Of a stretch of DNA of 64,000 bases, positions 1-18,878 are shown in pieces. The position numbers and the translations under genes are program-made. The notes under the pieces are model-generated. The model was not told the origin of the DNA. It did not search any database and saw only the letters and a program-made list of their open reading frames with translations. The stretch is from Veleropilina oligotropha (Eukaryota): positions 248,001-312,000 of the forward strand of contig JBEUKZ010000038.1 of NCBI GenBank assembly GCA_048128005.1, given 5' to 3'. How positions within the stretch are numbered: the first letter of the stretch is position 1; every line of letters begins with the position of its first letter.

Positions 1-450
1 TGAGGGCTAACAAAGTCGAACTCGAACTACCGGTACTAATTAACAACGCGAAACCCGACATAATATGTTTACAGGAAACGAAACTATCGAAATTCGAATA
101 ATACGGGTATACCACATTGCGTAAAGATAATCCAGAGGAAACTAATTTGCCATCAGACGGACTAGCTAATTGCGTTAAAGATAACATACAATATCGCGAA
201 ATCAGCTTAAACTTTACAACACTCAACGGCAATAGCATCCACATTTACTATGAAAATAAAACTCTAAGAATCATTAACCTATATCGGAATCATGACCATA
301 GCGCATAACAATCTAAAGATGACTTGGATATTTTAACCGCTAACCATAACGATAAAACCATTATAGTGGGAGACCTAAACGTCCACACTCCCATGTGGGG
401 GAGCGACCGAACCACTCCCATGGCAAAAATGATAAATTTAAACGACCCCC
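1..450 (+). mobile_element. Decayed APE-endonuclease fragment of the I/Nimb-like LINE family
   Basis: Resembles the start of ORF2 at 24581 (KPDIICLQET, YYENKTL, IIVGDLN motifs) but with stops and indels. Confidence 0.8.
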
Positions 451-559
451 ATTGCGGTAATTTTTAAATAGTTTAAATATAATTTGTTTGGGTTTAGAAA
501 GCGCATTACTGCCACACATAAAAACCCAGTGAAGTTGTCTTGTCCTCTATAACCTGCCC

Positions 560-1860
560 TGCTTCTTAAATTGCTCATCTAGGCGATTTTTAAATTGGTA
601 TACAAATGTCGATTCCACTACATTATTAGGAAGAGCATTCCATTCATCGACAACCCGATTTGAGAAAAAGTGTTTTCTAACGTCTAGTCGGAATCGTTTT
701 TTGTAAATCTATGCCTTTGGTTCATCTGAAAAAATAAACTATTGTCAATAAACTATTCTAAATGCGGTCTAAACCATTTGCTTGTATAGGCGAGTTATGA
801 TGGCTTTAGATTTAAAATTTCTCTTTATCATTCCCAATATTTGATTTCCCTTTTTGGCTGACTCTGCACAATGATTTGATGGTTTGAATGTCTTGTCTAC
901 CCATACACCCAAATCATTTTCTTTGACCACTTCTTGTAAAGCTTCTGAACCCATTTCATAATTATAGTTATTGTTATTATAACCCACATGCATTACTTTA
1001 CATTTACTGGTGTTGACAAGCATTTGCCAGTCCTCAGACCATTTTACCACATTATTTAAATCACTTTGAAGCTTCTTTGCATCTTCTTCTGTTTCGATAA
1101 GTCTGTACATTTTGGTATCGTCTGCAAACGTTTTTACTAAAGATGTAATGACGTCATCAATGTCATTTAAATATATGAGAAACAACAATGGTCCCAGAAC
1201 AGAACCTTGTGGGACTCCACTTAGTACTGGTTCCCATTCCGACTTTATTCCATTTATTACAACCCGCTGTTTTCTATTTTCTAGCCACTTACATATCCAA
1301 TTTAGTATTGGGCCTTTAATGCCATGGTTACTTAATTTTTGTAATAGTCGTTTATGTGGTACTTTATCGAAAGCTTTCTGAAAATCAAGATATATGATAT
1401 CAACTGGTTTGCCCGTGTCCATTGCACTTGTTACATCTTCAAAAAATTCCAGTAACTTTGTTAAACAAGATCTTTTTTTCCATAAACCCATGCTGACTAA
1501 GGTTTAGAAGGTCAAATTTATTTGTGTTTTAAGATGGCATCCTTCAAGATAGATTCCATTATTTTGCCTACTATTGATGTCAGACTAACACGTCGATAAT
1601 TTTGGGTATTTGATCGACTACCCTTTTTAAAGATTGGGGTAATATTTCCAGTCTTCCAGTCATCAGGCAAGCCGCCTTCTTGTAGAGTTTTATTGAATAT
1701 TAGGTCTAATGGCTTTGCTAATTCATCTTTACCGGATTTTAGCAATTTGGGATATATGCTGTCTGGACCTGGAGCTTTACTGACATTTAGTAAGCTTATC
1801 TTTTTTTCAACCATTTCCGTAGTAATTTCAATACTTTCACAAAAAGTTTCATGATCTTCA
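560..1860 (-). mobile_element. CR1-clade LINE reverse transcriptase fragment (degenerate)
   Basis: ORFs 1518-1814 and 769-1491 contain KAPGPD, YLDFQKAFDKVPH, SGVPQGSVLGPLLF, FADDTK and WSEDWQM, typical of CR1 RT. Confidence 0.85.
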
Positions 1861-1869
1861 TAAATAAAA

Positions 1870-2560
1870 ATTAAAAATTCAACATATAATATCCCACACT
1901 TAAATATTCACAGCTTACCCGATAAAATTGACCAACTAAAAGAACTACTTACCAAGGCCAGTGAAAATGGATACCCAATAGATATTATTTTGATTTGTGA
2001 AACCTTCATTCATGATTTAAATCAAAATCAATGCCAAATAGAAGGATATAATCTGGAAGAAAAGCATCATAGTGGAAAAAGCAGGGGTGGAGTTGCAATT
2101 TATATCAAAAACGGAATCCAATATAATGAAAGGTTAGATTTAAGCATATTTCATGAAGGCGAAATTGAAACGATATTCGTCGAGATAAACACGAAATCAA
2201 ATAAGAAAATTGCTATTGAAGAGATATACACGGTACCAGGGACCGATGAAAATAAATTTCTTTCCGAATATAAAAATATACTTCAATTAATTAAAGAAGA
2301 GAGAAAAAATATTATAATTGGAACTGATCAGAATCTCGATTTCCTCAAAATTAAGTCGCATGCAAACACGGAAAGATTTTTAGAGACTAATTTATCATAC
2401 GGCATTTTACCATTAATAACCCGCCCTACACGCATTACACAACACAGCGCTACGCTTATAGATAATATATACATAACAAACAGCATTGCTAAAAAGTATA
2501 AATCAGCCATTTTAACAACACATATATCAGACCACTTACCAGATAATAATGAGACGAGGT
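1870..2560 (+). mobile_element. LINE APE endonuclease fragment (CR1/L2-group-like)
   Basis: ORF 1990-2574 has ICET, GGVAIYI, PTRIT..SATLIDNIY and ISDHLP motifs. Confidence 0.8.
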
Positions 2561-2574
2561 TCCTAAAAAAGTAG

Positions 2575-5500
2575 AAGAGAAGTTGGAGGAGAGAAAGCGT
2601 GTTATGTGTTGGTGAGAGTGTATCGTGTATGTATTTTATTTTATTTTGTTGGCGCATATTCCCTTAGTTATGTAGTGTCCCATCGCTAACATCATGGATG
2701 TTGCTTAGGTAACAACTACTGCCTCTAGTCTATATATCACAAGGCCGCATCATTAATTAAGAATGTCGCCAACTTTTACTTTGTTTTTGTTATACACATT
2801 CCGCCTAGTTAAGTAGAGTCCCCTCACTAACATCAATGTGACATTGCTTGGATAACCTCTACTGCCTCGAATCTATGGCACAGGGTCGCATTCATTAATT
2901 GAGAATGTGTATAGCCTTAGTAAGAAAGAGTAGCAAAAATAAAAGAGAAAAAGAAGGGGGTGGGGGGGGGGGGTGAGTCCAGCATAATCGTCCTCCACGA
3001 GAATGTTAAACTCATGTATTGGTATATATTTTAAAGTTTTTTGGGGAATTATAGTTTTTCATTTTTATGTTTTTTGTAGTTTGAGGCAGTATTGCTGTAC
3101 TGGCCTCCCTCTCCTCTTAGCGTTAAGTCTGTTTGTGCCAGTTTCTGTAGTGTTGGCGCACTTCGTTGTATTTTGTTTATATATCCTATGTCGGTTATGT
3201 ATTTTTCTAGATGTTGTCTAGATATAGTTTGTATTTTACGCGGCGAGTTGCCGCCTTTAGACCAACCGCGCGCGGTTGTTTGCCTATAACCGGACCAACT
3301 CGTTGTGTAACTAGTTTGATTATTGTTGTCGGTTATTTTCTTTCTGAGGTGGGCCGCACTTGTCTATATTTTATTGATATAGCCAGTGTCAGTTATGTAC
3401 TTTGCCAATGCTCTATATGTGAAGTGAGCTACTGGTTCTTTCGGAGCTAGCAAAATTTTGGTGTCTAAATCAAGAATATTAATACTTTTTAAGGTATCTT
3501 TGAGTTTTTGTCGATCGTGTGAATGAGAGATGCATTCTAGGATATAATGCTCCACTGTTTCCGGGACGTTGCAGTTGTTATACAGTTAGGTGAATTGCAT
3601 GACTTAATTTTATGCCCGTGTGCTAGTAGACCCGAATGTCCGAGCCTAAGTCTCGTGATTGTTTTGGTTTCTAGTTTACTAGTTTTCATATTGATAGGTT
3701 TATCTAATTTATTATTTAGCTTGAAAAGGTTTCTGCCTTTTTCGTGATGGGTCCATTGGTCTTGCCATTCACTGGCGATATGCGCTTTGATGATATTTTG
3801 CACTTCCTTGTGGCTGAGTTGAATGTTGTTTAGGTTGTGGTCCGGATTATTTAGGCCTCTTTGGCTGCTATATCTGCTAATTCATTACCTAAAATGCCTA
3901 CATGAGCTGGGATCCATTCGAGATTAACTTCTATTTCTTTATCACATAATTGTTCGTTTAACGATTTGATTCTGTTAATTAGATAGGTCTAGATTTTTGA
4001 ATCCATGGTGCTTAATCTGGTGGTTTGTTCTGTACTATATTTATCTTATCATAATTTAGTGCCTGGCTGCATTTTCGTGTTATTATGCCGTACGGTGATT
4101 GTTCAGTAACGCGTTTGTTATTTTCCAAGTTTTGGAAAGCTAAACAGTTGTCATCTGGTTTAGCTGCAGGGTTATTTTCTAACTGCGATTTTTTTTTTGC
4201 CCAGTAATTAAGTGTCATTTATATTCTTCGTAGTTTCAGTGGTTTGATGTTTGTTTCGACTTCGAGGCTAGCGATTGGTGTTGATTTAAATGCGCCTGTG
4301 ATTCTTCTTAGGGCTTGATTTTGTCTATTTTAAAAAAAAAAATGTGGACTCGCTGAGCCATATGCTTGGCACCGTAGTCTATCCTTGACATTAATGATTT
4401 ATAGAACATAGTTTCGGTTTACATATCTGCTCCCCATTCACATCCGGAAATGCCTCTCATGAGATTTTTATCATTTTATTGCAATTTTGTCGGAGCTTGT
4501 TAATGTGGGCGTGCCAGTTTATTTTTCTATCAAATGTCATGCCTAGAAAAGTTGCTCTATTTTCAATACTCAATTCCTTAGTATTTAGTATTAATGTGGG
4601 TTTTTCGCCACCTAATGTTCTTTTGAGAATAATACTCCTACTGTTTTAGATTCTGAAATTTTGAATCCCCAATCTTGTGACCATTCATGTATGGATTTCA
4701 GGTTTGTATTCATACTGGATTTTAGTTGCTTAACCTTTTTATTGGTGTTCCATATTGCGCTCTCGTCGGCAAACAGTGATGTTTTTGTCAATTTCTTTTC
4801 TGTTAGATTTTTATCTAGATCGTTGATCATAACATTAAAAAGAGTTGGGCTTATAACACTTCCTTGTGGGGTACCATTTTCGAAATCATAATCGTCCGAT
4901 CTCGAACCCTCTACTCTTACGTTGATTTTTCTGTTTTCCAAAAAGTTGCCTATCATATATATCCAATTTAGCCTTCTACCTTATATCCCTAGTTTTATAA
5001 TTTTGTGTTTGAGGCCTTCGTGCCAGATCATATCATATGCTTTTTTCGTTTGAATAAATCCTTTCATAATGTCAGTTTCAAGTCTTACGAGTTGATCAGT
5101 TGTCTGTCTATTTTCCGAAAACCTCTTTGATTATGGTTAATGAGGTTGTTTTTCTCAAGGGGTAGACATATTTTATTTATCATAATTTCCAGAGTCTGTG
5201 AGATCGGCCTGTATGATTGTTTGGTTAAAGGATGGGGATAATTTCAGCCAGTTTCCATGGCGTCGCGTGATTTCCCTTTTCCCAGGTAGCGTTAAAAAGC
5301 ATAAGTATTAATTCTAGTGTATTTATGGGCATGTGTTTAAACATTTCATAACTAACCTTATCTTGTCCGGTAGATGTTCCCTTTTTATTCGAAAAGGCCT
5401 CGGTTAGTTCTGCCATAGAAAATGGAATATTTAGAAGATTTGTTGGATCGTCTATTTCGCTTGGTTCTTTGTGGAAGGCGGTTCCTGGCGTTCGTCTTTT

Positions 5501-7620
5501 TTGTCCAAGAATTGGCTGTTGTAATTACGTGTGCTACGGACTTGTAGCTTTTAGCTAGTATTTCTGATTTCTGTTTATTACTTTTCGCATATGTTGTTTT
5601 ACCTAGTATTGGGATTCGATTTTTTTTTTTTCATTAATTATTTTTATTTTTGACCAAACTTGCCTGATATCTGTTTTATCGTTTAATGTTGTGCAGAAAT
5701 CTTGCCAGTCATCGCGTTTAGACTCTTTGATTATTTTTTTGCTGTGTTGATTTCGCTATTTTGTAGTCTTCTAAATCGGCTGGGTTTTTGGTTCGTTTAC
5801 ATTTGGTAAGCGCTTTCTTACGATTTTTAAGTGCCTGTTTGCATTTATCATTCCACCACGGTACTGGAATTTTATTATTATTATCTTTATTACCAGATTT
5901 AGGGATATGTTTGTTCGCAATGGAGATGATACTGCTTACGAGCTTTTCATTGAAAGTTTCGATGTCCTCATCAAAAATATCATTTTTTTTATGTTGAGGC
6001 ATTCGTCGTGGAATGCTTGCCAATATGCTTTTTTAAAGATCCATCTGGGTTCGTGCTTTTGATGTTCTATTTCGGGTGTTATGTCTATTTCAGTGAAAAT
6101 TGGGTAGTGATCACTCCCCACGAGTTCATTATGTACGTACCAGTCACGTTTGTGAGCAATGGTGTCTGACGTAATAATTAGATATATCATGGAATGAGTT
6201 TGGTTATTCGGGTTGCACCTAGTTCCGCTGTGGTCGTCGTTTAAAATCACCAAACTGTTTTCCGCTGTGAAATCTATTATTTTATCGCCGTGACGGTCGG
6301 TTCGGTTACTCCTCCACATGCGGTTGTGAGAGTTAAAATCTCCTACAATAATGGTTTTATCGTTGTGATTAGAGTTTACATTATCTAAGTCATCTTTAAG
6401 TTGTGGGATATTTCTCGGTATTGTAAGTTATCCTTTACACAAATGGCGCATCCTTCTGAAGCCTTTTTGTTTTTCTTTGGGTTATCTTTACGCAAAGTTG
6501 TATACCAGGTCAATTCGAATTTAAAGGATGGAGTTAAGAGCGTTTCCTGAAGGTATATCATGTCGGGTTTTTGCTATTAATTAGTAGTTCGAGTTCGGCT
6601 TTGTTAGCTTTCACTCCTCTGACGTTCCATTGTATAATTTTTAAGCCCATAATTATCTGAAAGCAGGTTTGTTGTATTTACTTTTGGTTGTGACAGGCGT
6701 ACCTGTGTTTGTATGTTCAATTTTACACTGTTCGCGAGTTCGTTTGGCTACGGGAGTTGGTGTTTTTGGCTTTTCAAATACTGATTTCGCGTAAGTACTT
6801 TGCTTTGGTGTTTGGAACGAAGATTCAATGTTTTCGTTTATTGTTTTGGTGTTTACCGCGACGCTATTAATTACTCTTGTTGGAGTCTCGGAAATTACTA
6901 TTTCGTGTATGACAGTCACTGTTGGTTCCCTTATTTTAACCGGGTCGCGTTTAATTTCGGTGTTTGGTGCCGATTTAACGGTGTTAATTTGAGAATTTTG
7001 TCGATTTTAGCTTCGCTTGGGGAATCGGTTTACGATCTACGCCTGATTCTTTTTTCCCGTTGCGGTTTTGGCGGAGTTGGGGGGTTTTGCTCCTGGTTAG
7101 TTGGCGGCATATCTATTTCGGTTAGTTCCTCAAAAGTTTCGATTACCGCTTCGTTTAAAAGTTGAAAACGTCTTTCTTTGCGTTCTGCTTCGCTATATTT
7201 ATAGTTGGTTTGTTTCTCTTTCGTTTTCGAACGTTTTAGGAAGAATTTGAAAATGTGAGTGGATATATGAATAGGGACTCTTCGGGTTTTATTTGATGTT
7301 TAAGTTGACATTCAAGAGTTATTGGGGATTCGTCTGAGAAGGGCGTAATCGGATTACACTCGATTTGTTGTTCGGTCTGGCACTCGTTCACTTTTGTTTT
7401 AACCGCGTCGGCATATGATGTCAGTGTTTTGATACTTTCTTTGTGTTCAAGTGTGCTTTATTTATTTTCTGGTTAGTTACGGATGATTTATCGTTGTTTA
7501 TTGTTTTAGTCAGTGTTTGTTTTTCCCGATATGCCATTTTGACGTTGCACAACTTTCTCTATGTTGTATAGCAATCAATATCTGGGGCATTTGCCTGGCG
7601 ATTTCGATACATTTTGTTTA
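2575..7620 (-). mobile_element. Old degenerate copy of the I/Nimb-like LINE (part of ORF1, ORF2, part of 3' UTR)
   Basis: Minus-strand ORF fragments from 3364 to 6919 are collinear homologues of the intact ORF1/ORF2 at 23016-28387, with many frameshifts. Confidence 0.9.
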
Positions 7621-7990
7621 TATGTGACGGGTCGTCCGGGGGACTGTGGTAAAACCAAAACATAAATAAATTAAACAACAGTGGGTTTTATAAAGTGTGA
7701 TAGATTGCTAGTTTCCTAAATTTGCATATTTACAATTAGTCTTGCATATCAGCATAATGTAGAAGAAATGTTGCTTTTAATGTGTTGTTGTATGGTATTT
7801 AAATTTCCTGTTTCTGTTGACAGTTTTTCTAGAATTATAATCGAAGATAATCGTTTGTTTGTTGTACAATGTGGTACATGAAATTTATCTTTAGTATGGA
7901 TACGTTGTGGCACAACTAGGGTATTCTATCGGAAGATTTTGGTGGCCCTGAAAAGGGCCGTTGGTTACTTGGTCCGTAAAACCGAATCTG

Positions 7991-8368
7991 TTACTTGGCA
8001 GCCTTGGAGCTCTTCTTGGGTAGAAGCACCGCTTGGATGTTGGGTAGCACACCACCCTGGGCGATGGTTACTCCGGACAGCAGTCTGTTCAGCTCCTCGT
8101 CGTTGCGGATGGCCAGCTGGAGGTGACGGGGAATGATTCTCGTCTTCTTGTTGTCTCGGGCGGCGTTACCTGCCAACTCGAGGACTTCAGCGGCAAGATA
8201 TTCCATCACAGCAGCCAGGTAGACTGGAGCCCCAGCGCCGACACGCTCGGCATAATGTCCTTTTCGGAGATGGCGGTGGATACGACCGACTGGAAATTGA
8301 AGTCCGGCACGGGATGAGCGAGTCTTGCTCTTTGACTTGGATTTTCCTCCTTTGCCTCGTCCTGACAT
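7991..8368 (-). CDS. H2A: Histone H2A (in a broken canonical unit, 7649-9010)
   Basis: [15 protein letters not shown]...; same protein as the array copies; stem-loop downstream. Confidence 0.97.
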   Translation of the reverse strand: MSGRGKGGKSKSKSKTRSSRAGLQFPVGRIHRHLRKGHYAERVGAGAPVYLAAVMEYLAAEVLELAGNAARDNKKTRIIPRHLQLAIRNDEELNRLLSGVTIAQGGVLPNIQAVLLPKKSSKAAK

Positions 8369-8605
8369 ATTTTCTTCTTATCCGTCCGTTTCGCAATTGA
8401 AATGAAGACAGTAATAGAAATAGCACGGCCACGCCGGTCTATAATCGCTCGAAATGGATTGAAATTTCACGTATCAAATTTGGCGGCAACCAATAAGATT
8501 CTGAGCTGATCAATTAGCGCTAGGCGACCAATAGAAATGAAATCCAGTTTCAATCCACGCCACGTGATTTCAACCCTATCAAATAGCCACGAACGCTTAT
8601 TTTTC

Positions 8606-8661
8606 AACTCCGCCTGCACCACCGTAGACAGTCCTAAGCCTGTGTAAAGGAGGAAGGTTGG
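8606..8661 (+). ncRNA. Twister ribozyme, 3' cleavage product (P1 type)
   Basis: AA-CUCC-GCC-[UGC..GUA]-G-ACA-GUCCUAAGCC-UGU-GUAAA-GGAG-GAAGG-UUGG matches the twister layout; the 5' strand of P1 is absent. Confidence 0.85.
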
Positions 8662-8947
8662 ACTCCGGGGGACGAGCTCCGAAATGGACGTAAGAGCACT
8701 CCCCTGTCCGTGCCGTAAAACTAACCGCATCCCCTGCTTGGAAGAAGAGGGTTGGACCCGGGGGGACGAGCTCCGAAATGGACGTAAGAGCACTCGCCCC
8801 TGTGCCGTAAAACGCGCTGCCCGCCTGCGAAGACTACGTGCGCAGCCAGTCCTAAGCCTGGATAAAGGGACAGGAACATGGCCTGCTAAATCGACGATAA
8901 GTTGGACGCGGGCCTAAAACACGAAACAAACAACAACAAACAACAAC
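8606..8947 (+). mobile_element. Short non-autonomous retroelement with a twister head and (CAA)n tail, at the H2B start site
   Basis: Absent from intact units; TSD aacgcttatttttc(a) at 8592-8606 and 8948-8962; ends in a stem-loop plus caacaa tail. Confidence 0.9.
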
Positions 8948-8983
8948 AACGCTTATTTTTCATCACATCTACCTGATACAAGC

Positions 8984-9010
8984 ATGCCACCAAAAGTTAG
9001 TTCTGAGGGA
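8984..9010 (+). pseudogene. H2B: H2B 5' fragment (first 9 codons), interrupted
   Basis: atgccaccaaaagttagttctgaggga followed by unrelated sequence. Confidence 0.9.
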
Positions 9011-9141
9011 ACAACATTGTAAATATCAAGTGTGAAGCCATTACAAGAAAGGGAGGTAAGAAAAACAATAAAAGGAAATAGACATATATTGTGTTTTGAA
9101 CAGTCCTAACTGAGTGAGAGGCAGGGCTTTAAGCCCTCGCC

Positions 9142-10107
9142 ATGACGAACCCGGTTCGGATTTCGGGTCCGAAGTTTAAGAGAGTCAACCAGCTGACACT
9201 GGTGTGTCGAGATAGGAAAGACTTCATGGAAGTCAGCAACCAATATTTTTCGGACTATTTAGACTCGTGTATTGACCTTAAACGCGAACTGATCGGTTTT
9301 CAAAAGAATTTTTTGCGAAAATGTTTCTACGTAAAGTTAAGTTCAAATGCAGCGGTTCGCAAAGTTACGGAGAAGGGCACGACGGCGGCGATCAACGAGC
9401 GGCGTTTTTTCGTTCAGTCGTGTGACGACACAAGTTTCTGGATAACGTGCCATTGGGCAAACGAAGATATGCCGGACGACGCCATACGTAAAGGATTGGA
9501 AAAATACGGAGAATGTCAAACCATAAATAGACCGAGGTACGAAACAGGTCCATACAAAGGAGCCACCATGGGAACAAGAAAGATTAAATTTAAACCAACG
9601 AACGGAACGAAGTATGTCCCGAACTTCATCACTTTTAATGATGAAACTTGTATGTTCACGTACCCTGGGCAGGCTCCCGAATGCCGGAAGTGTGCCCAAG
9701 ATACCCATAAATTTTTTGAATGTCAAGCAACATACTGTACAAACTGTGGGGGGTACTCGCCTAACGATAAACCACATACGGTTGAGAATTGTCCAAAGGC
9801 CTGCAAGAATTGTGGGTCTATGGTACACTCCCTTTTGGAATGCCGAAAGAGGCGGTCTTATGCGTCCAACCTGATTGGCAATACCAAAGAGCCAGCAGGT
9901 GAGGACGACAAGACCGAAGATGACGGTGTTTATGAGGATACAGTGCCGAAGTCGATATCGGGAGAGGAAGGTGTTGGTAACGGTAAGGACAACGTAATGG
10001 AAACCGAGTCCGATACCCGATCCATACACCAACTGCAAATTGAATCGTTGATGTCCACGGCGAACGCTCTACCGACCGAACAAGCAAATGTTATTGCCTT
10101 CCAATGA
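9142..10107 (+). mobile_element. Tx1/L1-group ORF1 (zinc-knuckle protein); ORF2 is missing
   Basis: LEKYG...GTRKIK...VPNFI...YPGQAPECRKC..H...C plus further knuckles, characteristic of Tx1-type ORF1. Confidence 0.75.
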
Positions 10108-10199
10108 CGTCATGCTATAGATTTTGTTCGTTGTTTGCTTCTATGAAAGGGAGGTAACACGACACAACTCGCTTGCACGTTATCATTATTTTCTTCGGA

Positions 10200-10299
10200 G
10201 GGAAGGCCAACGATTGGCCGAGCGCTATTATGTGCGACGTTTTCATTAGCGTCCGCCTCGAAGCCATACCTGCATTTTTTCGCCATTTCGAGGCTCATC
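10200..10299 (+). promoter_or_regulatory. Promoter of the diverged H4 gene, separated from its CDS by insertions
   Basis: gattggccga and gttttcattagcgtccgcc match the canonical H4 promoter (31336-31411); continues at 17572 through the TSD ttcgaggctcat. Confidence 0.75.
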
Positions 10300-10477
10300 C
10301 AAAAAGTGCATACTTGCATAAGGCACATAACAGTGTCGCACTGGTGTGAGAAGTAATTCTTGCATAACACTGTTATTGTGTACCCCTATTTTTGTCACCG
10401 GTGGTTCCTGTAGGAACTGGCCTGCTAAAACGCCGATGAGGTGGACGCGGGCCTAAAACTCCATCAAACCACCACCA
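10300..10477 (+). mobile_element. Short (CCA)n-tailed retroelement, copy 1, at the variant H4 start site
   Basis: TSD ttcgaggctcatc at 10287-10299 and 10478-10490; near-identical to 41344-41551 and 62156-62344. Confidence 0.9.
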
Positions 10478-10490
10478 TTCGAGGCTCATC

Positions 10491-17929
<7,439 letters not shown>

Positions 17930-18739
17930 ACACACCGTCTGTCTAGCATCCAACGGCCCTTTTCAGGGCCACCAAAATCTTCCGAGAGAATACCCTAGTT
18001 ATGCCAATTCGTATATATTAACATGTATATTAATTAAATGTTAATTAGTTAGTTCTGGTGCACACACCAAATACAAGCAACAGTAATAGCATCACGCACA
18101 CGTCGCTCGGCTGCAAACAATATCGTGATAACGGGCTGCATGCTATGGGAAAAAGCTCTTGCCTTGTGCAGAGAAGAAGAATTTAAAATCGCCATTGCTT
18201 TCTTTTAAATTTGCTCACTAAAATGCATTGCGTAACTCTTTTCAAACAAACAAATAAATGGCCCATAATGCGATCTTTGCGGACTCCAGGAGGTCGTATT
18301 TGCCGTCACACGCATACATTTCAGCCGAGCGCGGGTTATTTCCCTTGCACCGTTCGGCCAAACGAATTTAAGAACGTTATAGATACTCGGCACAAAACGC
18401 CTAGATAGAGAAGTCGAATTGGATTTACAATGTTCGAAAAACTGAAAATCACCCCTAAATCCCAAAATAGAGACTCGTACGACGTTCACGCTCACTTTCT
18501 CGACACTCTATTTAAATTTAATACGATTTGACGAAAAATGTAAAAAATTAGTGGAAATCAATTCATTTCGTCGCAATTGGGACTAGTTTTAGCCAGTTAA
18601 ACACATGCGTCGCTGACATTTTTCAAATTAATTAACACCTGCCGGTGCCAAGGAAGCGAACAATTTGTGGTTGGACTAAATGAGCAAGACCGATGATCAC
18701 TTAATAACACAGTTTTCAGCTGCTCGAGTTCAATTCAGC

Positions 18740-18878
18740 ACTGCGCCTCTAAATTGCCGGAAAAGGATTGAACATCGTCAAACAATCGCTGACAGGATTC
18801 CTCGTCCAATGAGAAACATGCATGCAGTTGGCGCGTACCGGCGCGAGATATGATTGAAAACAGCCGCTAGGACTGAAA
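18740..18878 (+). promoter_or_regulatory. Promoter of a diverged H3 gene (CDS absent)
   Basis: ctaaattgccggaaa, tcgtccaatgaga and ggcgcgagata(t/c)gatt match the canonical H3 promoter (32934-33040). Confidence 0.75.

Noticed and set aside
18854..18878. Start of the 587-aa ORF as a separate gene
   Set aside because: A TTG in the H3-like promoter happens to be in frame with a truncated ORF2.
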